Of a DNA stretch of 64,000 nucleotides, positions 58,661 to 64,000 are shown one piece after another. The stretch comes from Rebecca billardiae RCC1528 (taxonomy: Eukaryota; Protista; Haptophyta). The notes below the pieces were generated by a model that worked only from the letters and a program-made list of their open reading frames with translations, searched no databases and was not told where the DNA came from. The stretch spans positions 1,984,001-2,048,000 of the forward strand of contig OZ251225.1 in assembly GCA_965240325.2 (NCBI GenBank), in the 5' to 3' direction. Made by a program: the position numbers and the translations under genes. The stretch's first letter is position 1. Every line of letters begins with the position of its first letter.

Positions 58661-61443
58661 GATCGGCTACGCCGATCTTCGGGTAGTAAACAACGAAGTT
58701 GAGGGCGCACGGCCCTGGTATCTAGTTGTCGCGCGCGTTCTTCACGACTGCTGAATCACGTTGCGCGCGCGCCCGGCGCGTCGCCGTACACGAGGGCGAC
58801 TGCGAGCACGGGTTAGACTGAGAGGGGAGCACGGCGTCGCCCGCCTAGCTGCGGCTAGCATATGTTATTATGCCACCTCGCCATCGTCGCAGAGAGTGCA
58901 GACTCGCCGCTCGCAGATCTAAGCCTGTGGCTCGTCTCGTCGGTCAGGCAGTCAGGCATCCGTCGAGTGATGACTGCGTCAGACGACTGCGCGTTGCAGC
59001 CGCAGCCATACCGTACATACATACGCTCTCAGCGGGACTACGCGCGAGTTGTTCATCTGCCCTTCTAACGGTGCCGGCACGTGGCGCGACGATTCTGGCG
59101 TCATTATCACTTGACGACTCGACTGATCACGACGAGTGCCGTCATCGTCTGGTTCCCCTGAGAAGTCTTCTGGAATGCATCAGCGACATGCTCCCGCAGC
59201 CTGGTCAGTGGTCCAAGCCAGTCACATCCGGCAGCCTGACATCATCCCACCCACATGCCGCGCGGGCAGAGAGGCGCGCTATGCCCACGCGACTGGCTTC
59301 CTAGAAGCTGCCGTGACGGAACGAGTGTCAGCAGTGGACCGCCGGCCGGTGCCGCGCGCCGCACCGCCGGGCCCAATGGCAACGATGAACACCCGGTGGC
59401 CGGCGGTGCGGCCCTAGGCTAGTGCGCCGGATCTAATTCTATCGCGTATAGAACGACCGGCCGTGACGCGCTCTGCATCACGTACATTCGGACGCGGCAA
59501 TGAGCAGCATGCACCACCGTCCGGCCGTCTCAGGTCGCTGTCGTCGGCAGCCAGCCGGTGCCGGGCACGGTGGCGCCGGGCGCTCGCAGCTGAAGGACCG
59601 CGATCAAGGATTGATTGCCAAGTCCGTGAGTGAAGTCGTCAGCCGCGACGACTGGGAAGTTGAGCCTGATGCTGCCCGCTGCCGGTTCGCGGGACGAATG
59701 ACGAGCAGCCTATGGTCCGTGAACCTGCGTCAGCTCCTAGAACTCTTCCAGACGTGGTGAGGATATCCCTCACTGCGAACTCAGCCCTCTCGCGCTGACG
59801 CAGCGCGTAGACCTTGCGGCCTGCTGCGTGCCGCGAGCTATCGGACAGCGCGGCCCGCCGGCCGCGGGCCTTGGGCGGCGGGTCGACGGCTCCAGGCAGC
59901 TGCGGAGGACGCGGAGGCCGGTCGCATCCCGGCCAATGCGTGGGCATCGGCCCGGCGGTTGGGCCCGTCAGCACGTCGGCAAGCGCTCTGATGCCACTCG
60001 ACTCTCGAGACTGGCTGCCGAGCCGTGTCGCGCAACCGTGCCCGGCAAGACACGTGGGTCCGCGCCGAGCGTTCACCGGCCTCCGAACCCGCGCACGCCT
60101 ACCAGCCCAGGGCCAGGGCACGCGCCGTCGAGCTGCCCAGTCGCAAGCAGCTCGACAGCCCCGCTGTGTGCGCGCGCCCTGCCGGTCCGTCCGCTGCCCG
60201 CTCGAGGGCGAGCACGCGGCGCCTCACCTGTCGACCACGACAGCGCGCCTCGCGTGCACACTCTGACGGCGAGGCCCGGGATCTGGGCATGCGATGGCAC
60301 TACCCGCGCCTCCGCCAAGTCTCGGCCTGGCCGAGGGGTGCAACACCGGCCGAGCCCTCGGCCCGGCGCGCCGCCGCCAGCCTGAATGCGCTGAAAAGCC
60401 CCGAAGCCGTGCGCGGCAGGCCTGCGCGTGCGAGCGGCGATGGGCGTGGGCGGCGTTGCGCGGCGCGAAGTGGGCCAGGGGCATACGTCAGCCTCGACTC
60501 CGCCGCGTCGCGCGCGGCCGAGCGCGCGCTCTGCGCGCGGGGCGCGCGACGCGAGGCGGGCGCTCGCGCACACACACGGCCATCCCATCCGGGCTGGGGA
60601 GGCTCTGCGACGGCTCAAGCCCCGCGCCGCCTCGCAACCCGACCTTGCACTGCTGCGCACTCTGAACCCCGTACTACAGTTTACTATGATTTAACTTTGC
60701 ACTTGCATATGTATGTGATTAAGGCGACAACCGTCCAAAAACGGACAGAGATGAGATAGGCAGAGAGCCCAGAAATGACGGTTCGTTAGCTCGTACCATT
60801 ATAAAACTTTACCACCTTGATAACCGTATGAACCAGGGCGCGCGGGAACGTCGATTCAAGCTACCCGCGCAATACCATATCGCGTCGCTGCCATCATTGT
60901 TGATGAGCGAATTCAGGCCTCATCAACAAATGATCATATGGGTCGAGAGCGAGAATGTTCGCCTTCAGGCTGTGTCGTTCATCTGAAATACAAGAATTGG
61001 ATTGCCACCGAACCAAATGTTTGGTTCGCTTTATGCAGAATCTCGTTTCAGTTGAATGGCGGGCGATCGTCTTTCGTTGAAACGGTGTTTTTGAAGCGCA
61101 GTTCTCTTAAGAGAAGAGGGATGCGTCTAATCTAAAACGCTGTTTTTCAGAAGCGCGTGAATCAAAGCTGACGACCCAACCTATCGTTTCTATGGTTGGC
61201 GAGCTGTTTCAGGCTCTTACAATTCAGGCATCTGTTACTATGACGGAATGTTCTAACACACGGCTGGTGTTATGTGCTATTCCACTCTGCATTCCCCTAA
61301 GTGTTACTATCGTTAAAATTAAGGGGCAGTACAAACGCAATCATTGCGGCAGCGATATCCACTCATACGCGGTGGCCACCTACCGAAAAATCCCCAAAAT
61401 CCTGCGCGCATCCTCTTTTTGATTTTGCGGAGCACGTGCGCCG

Positions 61444-61474
<31 letters not shown>

Positions 61475-61497
61475 CTTTCGCTCACGCTCAGACCTTT

Positions 61498-61538
<41 letters not shown>

Positions 61539-61548
61539 CGTGCGCCAT
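58661..61548 (-). mobile_element. Family-2 Helitron2-like element, copy 2 (inverted, longer interior, expanded poly-C/poly-G)
   Basis: Hairpin at 58661-58677, sub-TIR at 58704-58715; 5' end 61385-61548 and internal block 60815-60890 match copy 1. Confidence 0.65.
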
Positions 61549-61743
61549 TATTATTATTATTACCATTCAGACGGGCATTGCCAGGTTGCACCCGGCAATG
61601 CTGCATTCACCCCGGTCCTACCGGAATGCAGGGCTCGCCCCGCTGGCCGCTCCAAGTAGTGCCGCGCCCGCACAGCGCACTGCGGCCACTTCATCGTCAT
61701 CAAATATATTGCGTATTCATCGTCAATAATGATATTCATGCAG

Positions 61744-61745
<2 letters not shown>

Positions 61746-61832
<87 letters not shown>

Positions 61833-61870
61833 TCCCCTTTATCTCTCTCTCTCTATTCCCCTTTATTACG
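61746..61870. repeat. (CT)n microsatellite
   Basis: Directly visible. Confidence 0.9.
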
Positions 61871-62107
61871 GGTTCCGGGTGATCAGACTGGCCGGCAGCC
61901 GAAGCCTCCCGGAGCCCTACCCTGGCCAGCCCCCAATTCCACTGAGGCTGCTGCAGATAAGTCGCTGTCCGGGGCAGGAGCCAGTGGCAGGTGCCGGTCA
62001 CTAGCACATCGTCGGTCCGCCAGCGGTCGGTCACTCTCAGGCCAGGGTCCGGCAGTTCAAATACGGCGAGCAAACTCAGTAGGGCGCCAGCCCAGGAGCA
62101 GGTCGGT

Positions 62108-62980
62108 GCGCGCATGATGGTATGGTACTGCTGCACGCATGGTATGGTACTGCTGCGCGCATGGTATGGTAATGCAGCATGGCTGTATGGTATGAGTACT
62201 GCTGCGCGCATGGTATGGTACTGCATGGTACTGTATACATATGGTATGGTACTGCTGCTGTGCGCATGGTATGGTACTGCATGGTATGGTACTGCATGAT
62301 GGTACGTACTGTATGGTATGGCACTGCTGCGCGCATGGTACATATATGGTACTGCTGCGCGCATCAGCATGGTATGGTACTGCTTGGTAATGCATGGTAT
62401 ATGGTACTGCTGTGCGCATGGTATGGTACTGCATCATGGTATGGTACTGCTGTGCGCATGGTATTGGTAATGCAGCATGGCTGTATGGTATGAGTACTGC
62501 TGCGCGCATGGTATGGTACTGCACGGTATGGTATTGCATGATGGTACTGTATGGTATGGTTCTGCTGTGCGCATGGTACGTACGGTGACCTAATGGTGCT
62601 GCAGTGCACATGGTATGGTACTGCACGGTACTGTATGGTATGGTAATGCTGTGCGCATGGTACGTATGGTGCTGCTGTGCGCATGGTATGGTACTGCATG
62701 GTACTGTATGGTATGGTACTGCTGTGCGCATGGTATGGTACTGCATCATGGTATGGTACTGCTGTGCGCATGGTATGGTACTGCATGGTATGGTACTGCA
62801 TGATGGTACTATGTTGGATGGCGTTAATCACACCTTAACCAAGTGTGCACGTTAAATCATAGTAAACTGTATCAGCATGGTATGGTACTGCTGCGCGCAT
62901 GGTATGGTACTGCTGTGCGCATGGTATGGTGCTGCATGGTATGGTGTGGTACTGCATCGTATGGTACTGCGCGCATGCAC
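62108..62980. repeat. Degenerate satellite built from ATGGT / ACTGC / GCGC modules
   Basis: Recurrent GCATGGTATGGTACTGCTG units; the ORFs here are repeat translations. Confidence 0.9.
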
Positions 62981-63719
62981 ATCGATCATGCGATGTACCG
63001 AGCTGACAGCATGATGCGCATCATGCGACGATTGTCGTGTACCGAGCTGACAGCATGATGTGAGCTCATGGCAGTCAGCACCACCACCATCTGCTACTAC
63101 TGTCCTACCACTACAACGCCAGTCTACCGCCATCAAGCTGTTCCGACCACCACCACCTACTACTTCCACCGCCGCCACCACCGCCACCACCATCACCACC
63201 ACAACGCCTGAAGGAGGAAGCAGCCCGACACTAGGCTTGAAGGCCCGCCCGCACGCGTGCGGTGCGCGCGGCTGCGGTTGGCGCTTGGATCAGTCGGGCG
63301 GCAGGGGCGAGATTGACGTACGATGCAGCAGCTTCTGAAGCTGCTGCTTCCTCCTTCCGTCGAGCTGCTGTCTGAAGGAGGAAGCAGCACTGCGCGAAGC
63401 AGCCTCAGGCAGCAAACACTAATAAGCAGAAACGCGCGCGCGGGGCGAGGAGCGGCGGTCGCGGCGCGGGGGTCGGAAGGACAGCCGGGGCGGAATTCAC
63501 GTATGAGGGGCACTCGTCACTATGCCGCATGCGCATCGGCACTCACCACGCGCCGCCTCCACTGGGGTGTCCGCGGTCGCAGGAGCGTGCGCCTCGCGAA
63601 GCAGGCGCCGCGTCAAAACGCGGCGGCACAGGTCCGGCACGTGCCGGTTCCGGTCCGTTGGAGCAGGGTAGAGAGCAGTGTGCACGCTATGATGCGAGTA
63701 ATAATGAGTTGCTCATCCG

Positions 63720-64000
63720 TGCACCACTCGGCAAATAATACAGGTGAAAGGAGGGTTGCACCAAAGTTGCACCACCACTGCTGCACCACTCCGAATAATA
63801 ATACATCAGACGATGAAAGGAGGGGTGGGTGCACTTGTTGGGTGCACGACCACTGCTGCACCACTCCGGATGATACACATGAAAGGAGGGGTGCACCAGC
63901 ACCGCACTCCGTGCACCACTCCAAATAATACAGATGAAAGGAGGGTTGATGCACCACCACTGCTGCACCACTCCGAATAATACATCAGACGATGAAAGGA
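63720..64000. repeat. ~50-75-bp tandem repeat (GATGAAAGGAGGG..TGCACCACTCCGAATAATACA), runs off the window end
   Basis: 4-5 degenerate copies visible. Confidence 0.8.

Noticed and set aside
61441-61540. Poly-C/poly-G hairpin or G-quadruplex
   Set aside because: Homopolymer expansion of the short C and G runs seen in copy 1 (24818-24857); lengths may be sequencing artefacts
60675-62871. Single 2.2-kb Tc1-like element bounded by the two facing 60-bp units
   Set aside because: It would overlap the family-2 element without nesting, the two ends are quite diverged, and the closest match to the right copy is at 32481
62057-63202. Tyr/His/Met-rich repetitive ORFs
   Set aside because: Translations of a simple satellite that are open in several frames
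62108-64000. Telomeric repeat
   Set aside because: No TTAGGG/TTTAGGG-type array; a subtelomeric position cannot be inferred from this window

Overview
Very GC-rich eukaryotic genomic DNA with GT-AG introns that can be spliced by hand; the style and gene content suggest a flagellated alga such as a haptophyte (inference). Ordinary genes: a 6-exon CCDC180/CFAP76-like ciliary gene, a type II membrane sulfotransferase head-to-head with a Kelch/coiled-coil gene, an inverted pair of GARP/SHAQKYF-type MYB genes, an ARM-like gene with an in-frame TAG, a ferroportin with a His-rich loop, a DUF5690-like transporter, a PAP/fibrillin and a full-length DHX34-like DEAH helicase. The most striking structure is a ~3 kb cassette present four times: a DHX34 5' end, a divergent ORF built from 114-bp/38-aa EsV-1-7-type Cys/His repeats plus a putative bipartite NLS, and a decayed isomerase-like fragment. 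The four arrays have 8, 16, 4 and 5 repeats, all stay in frame, and vary mainly at a few fixed positions. All three extra DHX34 copies are truncated and frameshifted. Also present: a spliced XopQ/HopQ1-like domain-TM-TIR-like fusion gene, two families of non-autonomous elements with Helitron2/Helentron-like ends (5 copies), a TA-flanked MITE, a dispersed 60-bp unit, microsatellites and satellites near the right end. Family assignments are from recalled motifs, not database searches.
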